Positions 24,935 to 32,000 of a stretch of 32,000 nucleotides of DNA are shown one piece after another. The stretch comes from an uncultured Planctomycetia bacterium (lineage in GTDB: Bacteria; Omnitrophota; Gorgyraeia; Duberdicusellales; 4484-171), in the NCBI GenBank assembly GCA_964536865.1, contig CAZHYN010000004.1:1-32000 (forward strand). Direction: 5' to 3'. The first letter of the stretch is position 1, and each line of letters begins with the position of its first letter. The position numbers and the translations under genes were made by a program. A model generated the notes under the pieces. The model was not told where the DNA came from. It made no database searches and saw only the letters and a program-made list of their open reading frames with translations.

Positions 24935-25445
24935 GTTAGAGAAGGAATCATTTGATGATTTAGATCAAGCGATTTCCTCAGTAGGTTTAGGGTTCGATGT
25001 TCATAGATTTACTAAAAGAAGAAAGAGATTAGTCTTGGGAGGATGGAAGATTGACTATCCTTGGGGACTAGAAGCGGTCTCTGACGGAGATGTTGTCCTT
25101 CATGCTATCTGCGATGCTATCTTAGGAGGAGCAGGTTTAGGAGATATTGGCGATTACTTCCCTCCTTACCAAAAGAAGTTCCAAGGGATGAGTAGTAAAA
25201 AAATCGTTAATCTAGTTTTGAAGAAAATAAAAGGCAAATTTGAAATTGCAAATATAGATGTAACGGTAATTTTGGATAGATTACATCTTTCCCCTTACAA
25301 GAGGGAGATAGTAGCTTCTCTTAGAAAGATATTTAGAGTGGAAAAAATAAACTTTAAAATAAAATCAAGAGAGAGTTTAGAACTTCTCGGGGGAAAAGAC
25401 GCAGTAGCTTGTTTAGTCGTAGTTCTCCTAAGGCGAGTATGTTGA
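24909..25445 (+). CDS. ispF: 2-C-methyl-D-erythritol 2,4-cyclodiphosphate synthase
   Basis: GLGFDVHRF, SDGDVVLHA and GDIGDYFP motifs. The only in-frame start is the ATG at 24909, which gives a ~24-aa N-terminal extension overlapping ispD by 26 nt. Confidence 0.85.
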   Translation: MKKGLLRIRLEKESFDDLDQAISSVGLGFDVHRFTKRRKRLVLGGWKIDYPWGLEAVSDGDVVLHAICDAILGGAGLGDIGDYFPPYQKKFQGMSSKKIVNLVLKKIKGKFEIANIDVTVILDRLHLSPYKREIVASLRKIFRVEKINFKIKSRESLELLGGKDAVACLVVVLLRRVC

Positions 25446-26833
25446 AGATATTTAATACTCTAACCAGAAATAAGGAAGAGTTTAGACCACTTTCTCCTCC
25501 TTTAGTTAAGATTTATTCGTGTGGAGTAACTGTTTATGATCACTGTCACATTGGTCACGGTCGTTCCTTATATATCTTTGAGGTAATGAGAAGATACCTA
25601 AACTATAAAGGATTTAAAGTAAAATTTGTAAGAAATATTACTGATGTCGATGATAAAATAATTAATAAAGCTAAACAATGGAGCCAAGAGAGAAGAATAT
25701 CTTTGGAAGAGGCCTTTACGTTGGTAAGAGAAACCTATATTAAAAGCTACTATGAAGATTTAGGTTTATTGAAGTTACCTCCTGCGGATATTGAACCAAA
25801 AGCTACAGAGAATATTCCTTATATGATAGATTTCATAAAAAGAATAATTGATAAAGGTTACGCCTATCAGAGAGAAGGCAATGTTTATTTCAGTGTAAGG
25901 AAGTTTGCTTCCTATGGAAAACTTTCTGGTAAAAAGTTGGACGAACTTTTCCAAGGAGTACGAATAGAGAGGGATCCTTTAAAGAAGGATCCTTTTGATT
26001 TTGCTCTCTGGAAGAGAAGAAAAGAAGGAGAACCTTATTGGTCTTCTCCTTTTGGAGAAGGAAGACCAGGTTGGCATATAGAATGTTCAGTTATGGCAGA
26101 AAGATTTTTAGGTTCACCTTTAGATATTCATGGAGGGGGTAAAGATTTGATCTTTCCTCATCATGAAAATGAGATAGCCCAATCCGAGAGTATAGGGAAT
26201 TCACCTTTTTCTCGATATTGGCTCCATCACGGTCTTATTACTTTTAACAAGGAGAAGATGGCTAAATCCCTAGGCAATTTCTTTACTATCAAAGAAGTAA
26301 CTAGAAGGTTTTCTCATGAAGCCCTCAAATTGTTTTATCTTTCTGCTCATTATACTTCTCCCCTTGATTTCGACTGGGAGAGATTAGAGGAAGCAGAAGC
26401 TCAAAGGAAGCGATTATATATTGTCTATGATTATTTAAAAGATATTCCTTCTCTTCCTATAAAGAGAGAAGAGATTCTTAATCTTACTCGAGAGTTTGCG
26501 AAAGCTATGGATGATGATTTTAACATACCTCAAGCTAAAGCTTTACTATTTTCTTTGTCTCCTTTGGTGGGAAGAGATAAAAATAGGGAATTTCTCGGAG
26601 AGGTTAAAAACTTCCTTTTGACAGTAGGGAATATATTTTCTCTTTTCCAGGAGGAAATCCAGTTACCCGAAGATTTCAAAAAGTATATTGAGGAAAGAAT
26701 CTCTCAGAGAAAGAGGTTACGTCAAGAAAAAAAATTTAGAGAAGCAGATAAAATAAGAGAGGAGTTAACACAGAAGGGGATAATCTTAGAAGATTTATCT
26801 GATGGTACTACTCGGTGGCGGATGAAACGGTGA
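25439..26833 (+). CDS. cysS: cysteine--tRNA ligase
   Basis: Start moved to the ATG at 25439 (MLKIFNTLTR), overlapping the ispF stop. HIGH motif (CHIGHGRS) and KMSKS motif (KMAKSLGN). Confidence 0.9.
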   Translation: MLKIFNTLTRNKEEFRPLSPPLVKIYSCGVTVYDHCHIGHGRSLYIFEVMRRYLNYKGFKVKFVRNITDVDDKIINKAKQWSQERRISLEEAFTLVRETYIKSYYEDLGLLKLPPADIEPKATENIPYMIDFIKRIIDKGYAYQREGNVYFSVRKFASYGKLSGKKLDELFQGVRIERDPLKKDPFDFALWKRRKEGEPYWSSPFGEGRPGWHIECSVMAERFLGSPLDIHGGGKDLIFPHHENEIAQSESIGNSPFSRYWLHHGLITFNKEKMAKSLGNFFTIKEVTRRFSHEALKLFYLSAHYTSPLDFDWERLEEAEAQRKRLYIVYDYLKDIPSLPIKREEILNLTREFAKAMDDDFNIPQAKALLFSLSPLVGRDKNREFLGEVKNFLLTVGNIFSLFQEEIQLPEDFKKYIEERISQRKRLRQEKKFREADKIREELTQKGIILEDLSDGTTRWRMKR

Positions 26834-27462
26834 GTAAACGTGCTTTGTTTATAACCTTTGAGGGATTAGAAGGAAGTGGTAAAAGCAGTATAATATCTTT
26901 CTTGGTAAGGTATTTGAGAAAGAGGAAGCTTTCAGTAAAGGTGTTTAGAGAGCCTGGGTCTACAAAAGTTGGTGAACTTTTAAGAAATATCCTTCTAGAT
27001 AAGAGAAAGATAATTTCTCCTTATACAGAACTCCTTCTTTACTTAGCAGCAAGAACTCAGCTTATCGAAGAGAAGCTCAATAGAGCTTTTAAAGATTACG
27101 ATGTAGTCATTTGCGATAGATTCTATGATTCCACCATAGCTTATCAAGGTTATGGGTTGAAGTTGGGTAGGATGGTAGAGAAGGTAGTTAAGATTTTTTC
27201 TTTAGGGATAAAGCCTGATCTTACTATTCTCTTAGATGGTGATGTAAAAAAGGGACTTAAAAGAATTAGGGGCAAAGATAGAATTGAGAGAAGACCTCTA
27301 AGTTTTCATTACCGGCTAAGAAGAGGATATAGAATGATTGCTAAAAGAGAACCCTGGCGCCTAAAGATAGTAAACGCTGATAAAAGTTTGCGGGAAATCT
27401 CCAGAAGGATTAAGAAAATCGTTGATGATTTTTTGAGAGATAAATGTATAAAAAAGTCTTAG
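26815..27462 (+). CDS. tmk: thymidylate kinase
   Basis: P-loop FITFEGLEGSGKS and DRFYDSTIAYQG motif. An alternative GTG start at 26830 would overlap the cysS stop. Confidence 0.85.
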   Translation: MADETVSKRALFITFEGLEGSGKSSIISFLVRYLRKRKLSVKVFREPGSTKVGELLRNILLDKRKIISPYTELLLYLAARTQLIEEKLNRAFKDYDVVICDRFYDSTIAYQGYGLKLGRMVEKVVKIFSLGIKPDLTILLDGDVKKGLKRIRGKDRIERRPLSFHYRLRRGYRMIAKREPWRLKIVNADKSLREISRRIKKIVDDFLRDKCIKKS

Positions 27463-28226
27463 ATTACTTTTCTCTTCTTAAAAGGAATAATCTTGTGAGC
27501 TCTTCCTATCTATTTGTAGGAAGTAATCTGCTATCTCTTAGTTTAGATATAGCTAAACTCATAAATTGTCCAAATAGTGATTATTCCTGTAATTGTTGTG
27601 AGAGTTGTAAAGAGTTTGGAAAAAGTATTTCCTACGATATTTTCTGTGTTGATGAGCCTTATACTATAAAAATTGAGAATATTCGTGTAGCCCAGCAATT
27701 TCTTGCTCGTAAGAGCATAAATTTACTGAAGAAGGTTTTGATTGTAAATAATATCCATAATCTTACTGAAGAAGCTTCCAATGCTTTTTTAAAGAGCCTA
27801 GAAGAGCCTCCTAAGGATTCTCTCATTATTCTTACTAGTTCTCGGGTTGATATGATTCTTCCTACAATACTTTCTCGGTGTAAAAGAATCTATTTTCCTA
27901 TGATTGAGGAGGCCTCTTTTCTTTATTCTAAAGAGGTATTGAGAAATTTCTTAGTTGATGGCAACTTACCAGTATTTAAGAGTAGAGAGGAAGCAAGAAA
28001 TTTTTTCTCTGATGTAATAATTTTCCTGAGGGATTATATGATTTTTGGTATAATTAAAAATAGAAATTTATTGATAAATTCTGGTAGTTATGAGATAATT
28101 CCCCACTTTAAAGAAAATTTTAACAAAGTTTTAGAGATTCTAGAAAGAGCCATTATGCTAATTAATGAGTTAGATAATTTAAACATTAATTTAGCGGTGA
28201 ATCTTTTAAATTTAATTTCGAGATAG
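27444..28226 (+). CDS. holB: DNA polymerase III subunit delta'
   Basis: 260 aa. Degenerate P-loop, Cys-rich zinc module (CPNSDYSCNCCESC), SRC motif (ILSRCKRIYF). Lies in the conserved tmk-holB-ricT context. Confidence 0.65.
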   Translation: MYKKVLDYFSLLKRNNLVSSSYLFVGSNLLSLSLDIAKLINCPNSDYSCNCCESCKEFGKSISYDIFCVDEPYTIKIENIRVAQQFLARKSINLLKKVLIVNNIHNLTEEASNAFLKSLEEPPKDSLIILTSSRVDMILPTILSRCKRIYFPMIEEASFLYSKEVLRNFLVDGNLPVFKSREEARNFFSDVIIFLRDYMIFGIIKNRNLLINSGSYEIIPHFKENFNKVLEILERAIMLINELDNLNINLAVNLLNLISR

Positions 28227-28227
28227 A

Positions 28228-29001
28228 ATGAAAGTAGCTTTAGTAAGATTGAGAGAGGTAGGCAACATTTTAAGCTATCTGGCTCCCTTTGAAGTTAAGT
28301 CACAAGATAAAGTAATCGTAGAGGCAGATAGAGGTTTAGACTACGGAGAAGTTTTAGAAGTTAGTGAGGAGTACCCTTCTGCTAACTTGAAAAAGATAAT
28401 AAGGAAAATGACACCTGAAGATATAAAACAGGTAAAAGAAAACACTAAGCAGGCAAAAGATGCATTGCAGATTTGTGCACGGAAGATAAAAGAACATAAG
28501 TTAGAGATGAAGTTAGTTGAAGCAGAGTATTCCTTTGATAAGAAAAAAGTAATTTTTTATTTCACTGCAGAAGGAAGGGTTGACTTTCGTGAGTTGGTAA
28601 AAGACTTAGCTAAGATTTTTAGAATAAGGATAGAAATGCGCCAGATTGGGGTAAGAGACGAGGCTCGGCTTTTTGGAGGCATAGGACCTTGTGGTAGAAG
28701 TTTATGCTGTGTTTCCTTTCTGAAAAATTTTGAGCCGGTGAGTATCAAGATGGCAAAGATTCAACGGCTCCCTCTAAATCCTTCTAAGATATCAGGAATA
28801 TGTGGGAGACTTATGTGTTGTTTGTTTTATGAGTATAAGAACTATCGTGATTTTTCTCGTAACCTTCCCCGTGAGGGTCAGACTATTCATACTTCCCGAG
28901 GGAAAGGGAAAGTAGTTTCTGTAAATGTTTTGAAGAGATTGGCTTATGTAGAGTTTGAAGATGGAGGGATAGAAAAAATAACTTATCCTATAAATGAGTA
29001 A
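28228..29001 (+). CDS. ricT: PSP1-domain protein (RicT/YaaT-like)
   Basis: 257 aa. PSP1 C-terminal domain pattern with a Cys cluster (GPCGRSLCC...GICGRLMCC). Conserved position after holB. Confidence 0.7.
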   Translation: MKVALVRLREVGNILSYLAPFEVKSQDKVIVEADRGLDYGEVLEVSEEYPSANLKKIIRKMTPEDIKQVKENTKQAKDALQICARKIKEHKLEMKLVEAEYSFDKKKVIFYFTAEGRVDFRELVKDLAKIFRIRIEMRQIGVRDEARLFGGIGPCGRSLCCVSFLKNFEPVSIKMAKIQRLPLNPSKISGICGRLMCCLFYEYKNYRDFSRNLPREGQTIHTSRGKGKVVSVNVLKRLAYVEFEDGGIEKITYPINE

Positions 29002-30529
29002 GTTTTATCTAACCACCCCTCTTTACTATGTTAACGCTTCTCCTCATATAGGGCATGCCTATACAAATATTGTTACCGATGTTTTAGCACGGTTTAAGCG
29101 TCTCAAAAAAGATGAAGTTTTTTTTCTTACTGGCACGGATGAACATGGTGAGAAAGTGAGAGAAGCAGCTCACGTTAAGGGTAAACATCCCAGAGAGTTT
29201 GCTGATGAAGTGGTAGTTAACTTTCAAAAACTTTGGAAAATGTTAAATATTTCTTACGATTTCTTTATAAGAACTACCGATGAGCTCCATAAAAAAGTAG
29301 TTAAGAAGGTTATTGAAATCCTTTGGGACAAAGGTGATATTTACAAATCTACCTATAAAGGTTTTTATTGTGTTCCCTGTGAGTCTTTCTTTAGTGAGAT
29401 ACAAGTTAAAGAAACAAGGGGTAGGTGCCCGGAATGCAAAAGGCCCTTAGAAGAAATAAAGGAGGATAATTATTTTTTTAGGCTTTCTAAGTATCAAGGA
29501 TGGTTAAAGGACTATCTTAAAGATAATCCTCAGACTGTAAAACCGTCCATTCGTCATAATGAGGTGTTGGGATTTCTTGAGTCTAATCCTTTAAATGATT
29601 TATGTATCTCCCGTCCCAAGCATAGAGTAAGTTGGGGGATAGAATTCCCTGGAGATATTCACTATGTAGTGTATGTGTGGTTCGATGCCCTCCTTAATTA
29701 CATAAGTGGAGTGGGATTCTACTATCAAGAAGAGAATTTTAGAAAGTGGTGGCCTGCAGATTGCCATTTTATTGGTAAGGATATCTTAAGACAACATGCT
29801 ATCTTTTGGCCTATTATCTTACATGCTTTAGGTCTTTCTCCTCCCAACACTGTGTTTGCCCATGGATGGTGGTTGGTAGAACAGGAAAAGATGTCTAAGT
29901 CAAAGGGGAATATTATTAATCCATTTGATTGTATAGAAGAATTCGGTAGTGATGCTTTAAGATACTTTCTCTTAAGAGAAATTCCCCTTGGATTGGATGG
30001 TAGCTTTTCTCGAGAAAAATTTATAAAAAGGATAAATTCTGATCTAGCTAATGATTTGGGGAATTTGGTATTTAGAGTGCTTAATATGAGTGAGAAATAC
30101 TTTGGGGGAAAAGTTTCTTCTCTAAGAAGAGAACCGCCTTGGGAATTTAAATCTTCATTGGATGAGTTAAATAAGAGTTATACCTCCCTTATGGACAATT
30201 TAGAATTTTATTCTGCTTTAGAAAAGATTTGGTCTTTTATAAATCTTATGAATAAATTTATTGAGGATAAGAAACCTTGGGTTATGTGGAAGGAAAAGAG
30301 AATAGAGGAGTTAAAATACTTTCTACTTTCTCTTCTGGAGGGGATAAGAATAGTAACAGTGTATATCTCTCCTTTCCTTCCACAAGCAGTAGTAGATATT
30401 CTGTCTCAGTTAGGTCAAAGTAGTTTAAAAGAGAATTTAACCTTAGAGGATGTGCGTTGGAAACCTCAAGGATTTATCACTCAGAAAGGAACTCCTCTTT
30501 TTCCTCGGATAGATGAGAGTGTTCTTTAA
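28994..30529 (+). CDS. metG: methionine--tRNA ligase (short form, no C-terminal tRNA-binding domain)
   Basis: 511 aa. HIGH motif (PHIGHAYT), KMSKS motif (KMSKSKGN), zinc knuckles CVPC...CPEC. Confidence 0.9.
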   Translation: MSKFYLTTPLYYVNASPHIGHAYTNIVTDVLARFKRLKKDEVFFLTGTDEHGEKVREAAHVKGKHPREFADEVVVNFQKLWKMLNISYDFFIRTTDELHKKVVKKVIEILWDKGDIYKSTYKGFYCVPCESFFSEIQVKETRGRCPECKRPLEEIKEDNYFFRLSKYQGWLKDYLKDNPQTVKPSIRHNEVLGFLESNPLNDLCISRPKHRVSWGIEFPGDIHYVVYVWFDALLNYISGVGFYYQEENFRKWWPADCHFIGKDILRQHAIFWPIILHALGLSPPNTVFAHGWWLVEQEKMSKSKGNIINPFDCIEEFGSDALRYFLLREIPLGLDGSFSREKFIKRINSDLANDLGNLVFRVLNMSEKYFGGKVSSLRREPPWEFKSSLDELNKSYTSLMDNLEFYSALEKIWSFINLMNKFIEDKKPWVMWKEKRIEELKYFLLSLLEGIRIVTVYISPFLPQAVVDILSQLGQSSLKENLTLEDVRWKPQGFITQKGTPLFPRIDESVL

Positions 30530-30549
30530 GTTCTTTAATTGATAATTCT

Positions 30550-30594
30550 GTAAACCCCGAACCCCGCCCTTTCAAGGAAAGGGCGGGGTTCGGG
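30550..30594. repeat. GC-rich perfect palindrome (copy B); possible factor-independent terminator or REP-like element
   Basis: cccgaaccccgccctttc (30556-30573) pairs perfectly with gaaagggcggggttcggg (30577-30594) around the loop aag, giving an 18-bp stem. It lies 27 nt after the metG stop with no clean U tract. A related inverted copy sits at 1699-1738. Confidence 0.65.
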
Positions 30595-30615
30595 ATAAAT
30601 CTTGTTTGCAGTTTG

Positions 30616-31371
30616 ATGGATTCTGGCATCCTGATAGATACACACTGTCATATAAATTCTCTAGATGACCACTCCAGAGAAGAGTTATTTGTTTTGGGGA
30701 AAAAAAGGTTTATTTTTGTCGACGTAAGTACAGATTCCTCTAGTGCAAGGCTTTCTGTTGCCTTATCTTCTCAATATTCTTTTATCTACTCCTGTTTAGG
30801 ATTTCATCCTTTAGGAGCTCACAATTTTAAGGAGGAAGTTATAGATGAGTTTGAAGAATTGTTTCATCAAAGTAAAAAGGTAGTAGGTATTGGAGAGATC
30901 GGGATAGATTATAAATCTCAAGCATCTTTTAACACCCAAGTAAAGGTTTTTAAGAGATTTATAGAGTTAGCAAGAAGGTTAGATCTGCCAATAGTAGTGC
31001 ATAATCGATGGAACTCTTTGTCTTTGTTTGATATTCTAGATGGATATTTTTCTTCCTATCGTAAGATAATCTTTCATTGCTTCTCTCAAGACAGAAACAC
31101 ATTAGAAAGAATTTTGAGAAAAGATGGATGGGTTTCCTTCTCTCTAAATATATTAAGAGGAAAAAGAAAGCTTATTGAAGCTTTGAAAGTTGTTCCTTTC
31201 GAAAATCTTCTTCTAGAAACTGATTCCCCCTATATGTTCATAAATAGGAAAAAGTCTCACCCCTTAAATATAAAGGATGTGTATAATTTTGTTGCCCAGG
31301 TCAAGAATATCTCTTTAGAGGAGTTATCTCAAATAATTTTGGTTAACGCTAGAAAGGTTTTCAAAATCTAA
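30616..31371 (+). CDS. tatD: TatD-family metal-dependent hydrolase/DNase
   Basis: IDTHCHI N-terminal motif, GEIGIDY, VVHNR and ETDSPYM motifs. Start taken at the ATG at 30616; the ORF track starts at the TTG at 30613. Confidence 0.85.
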   Translation: MDSGILIDTHCHINSLDDHSREELFVLGKKRFIFVDVSTDSSSARLSVALSSQYSFIYSCLGFHPLGAHNFKEEVIDEFEELFHQSKKVVGIGEIGIDYKSQASFNTQVKVFKRFIELARRLDLPIVVHNRWNSLSLFDILDGYFSSYRKIIFHCFSQDRNTLERILRKDGWVSFSLNILRGKRKLIEALKVVPFENLLLETDSPYMFINRKKSHPLNIKDVYNFVAQVKNISLEELSQIILVNARKVFKI

Positions 31372-31617
31372 ATGTCTAAAGAATTAGCTGATAGAAATGG
31401 CTTTAAATTACTCTATCCTGAAAATTCTATTATTAGAGAAGATATATCTTTATCTTGGTGGGTAGATGGATTTAAGATTGTAAACTTACCTAAACTTAAA
31501 ACCCATGATATAATGGAGCTGATTTTAGTAATGAGGAATCTTTTGTGTTGTAACGAAGTATGTGAATTCTCTGCGATAAAATTGAATAAGAGTTTTCTTT
31601 TGAGACTAATTAGATAA
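31372..31617 (+). CDS. hypothetical 81-aa protein; resembles an internal fragment of DUF362-family proteins
   Basis: VNLPKLKTH...MRNLLCC resembles the DUF362 motif I recall as INLPKLKTH...KNLFGC. DUF362 proteins are usually about 300-380 aa, so this may be a remnant. Tight TAAATG and TAATG junctions with both neighbours. Confidence 0.4.
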   Translation: MSKELADRNGFKLLYPENSIIREDISLSWWVDGFKIVNLPKLKTHDIMELILVMRNLLCCNEVCEFSAIKLNKSFLLRLIR

Positions 31618-32000
31618 TGACTTCTGCACTCATTTTTAAAAATCAGAAGCTATACTATTTAGACCAAAGAAAACTTCCTTTAAAGGAAGAATGGAAAGAA
31701 TGTAAAAATCTTAGAGAAGCCTTTTTAGCTATAAGGGAGTTAAGGATAAGAGGAGCTCCTCTTATTGGAGTATTTGCTGGCTACAGTGTGTATATTGCTA
31801 TGAAGAATCATAGAGAAAAGGGAGAGATTAAGTTTTTTAAATCCTTAGAAAGAGTGATTAGTTTTCTTAAGACCTCCAGACCCACAGCGGTAAATCTTTT
31901 TTGGGCTTTGGATAGAATAAAGAGGATTGTCTACCAAAATAAAGGCAAGAGTATAAAAGAATTGAAAGAATTGATTCTTAAAGAGGCAAAAATGATTCAT
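31617..32000 (+). CDS. mtnA: S-methyl-5-thioribose-1-phosphate isomerase (5' part; runs off window)
   Basis: Not in the ORF track because no stop falls in the window. My translation from the ATG at 31617 is MTSALIFKNQKLYYLDQRKLPLKEEW...IRGAPLIGVFAGYSV...SRPTAVNLFWALDRI, which matches MtnA/eIF-2B-like family motifs. Open for 128 codons to the window end. Confidence 0.8.
   Translation, partial: MTSALIFKNQKLYYLDQRKLPLKEEWKECKNLREAFLAIRELRIRGAPLIGVFAGYSVYIAMKNHREKGEIKFFKSLERVISFLKTSRPTAVNLFWALDRIKRIVYQNKGKSIKELKELILKEAKMIH

Noticed and set aside
99-28748. Minus-strand ORFs from the track that lie antisense inside well-supported + strand genes: 99-560, 636-848, 11638-11901, 13428-13631, 15373-15624, 16783-16986, 18233-18478, 20402-20596, 20897-21127, 21931-22176, 22603-22989, 23639-23956, 24320-24544 and 28557-28748.
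   Set aside because: Each is fully embedded opposite a gene with strong family motifs. Their translations are low-complexity (S/L/F/K/I-rich), carry no motifs and have no SD or promoter. They are typical shadow ORFs of purine-rich coding strands in an AT-rich genome.
30413-30430. GGTCAAAGTAGTTTAAA resembles a CtsR operator (tandem GGTCAAA).
   Set aside because: The second half-site matches only 5/7. It lies inside the metG coding region, 11 kb away from the mcsA-clpC genes.
1-32000. CRISPR arrays, rRNA genes, IS elements or transposases, integrases, and stop-codon reassignment.
   Set aside because: No regularly spaced direct repeats were found. No rRNA-like conserved blocks were seen. No ORF has DDE, tyrosine-recombinase or serine-recombinase motifs. 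TGA, TAA and TAG all terminate well-supported genes, consistent with the standard bacterial code.

Overview
Low-GC (roughly 35% by eye) chromosomal segment from a diderm bacterium. It carries about 40 tightly packed genes, many with 4-nt ATGA or TAATG start/stop overlaps. All are on the + strand except rpmB and one XRE regulator. Most of the window is housekeeping: gpsA, hom-thrC-argS-recJ, rpmB, lysS, lolCD, ilvE, mcsA-mcsB-clpC, mlaEFD, radA, yacL, ispD, ispF, cysS, tmk, holB, ricT-like, metG, tatD and the start of mtnA. The Lol and Mla systems plus a MOMP-type porin indicate an outer membrane. The mcsAB-clpC...radA-yacL-ispDF-cysS and tmk-holB-ricT-metG-tatD orders mirror Bacillus gene order. 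A chlamydial-MOMP-like porin hints at a PVC-type or candidate-phylum lineage, but this is inference only. The one clearly accessory region is a ~3.4 kb islet at about 1.62-5.04 kb, lying between tRNA-Arg(TCG) and a PilZ-hom-thrC operon. The islet holds an orphan 5' half of tRNA-Pro, an intact tRNA-Pro(GGG) 3 kb downstream, and a 20-nt duplication of that tRNA's 3' end. It also holds a DUF5678-like plus retropepsin-like protease gene pair. An XRE repressor gene sits back-to-back with a perfect consensus promoter that has a palindromic operator in its spacer and drives a short MOMP-family porin. A further ~720 bp has no ORF but a near-consensus promoter. No integrase, CRISPR array, rRNA or recognisable transposase was found. 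All calls rest on reading the sequence and recalling family motifs; no searches were run.
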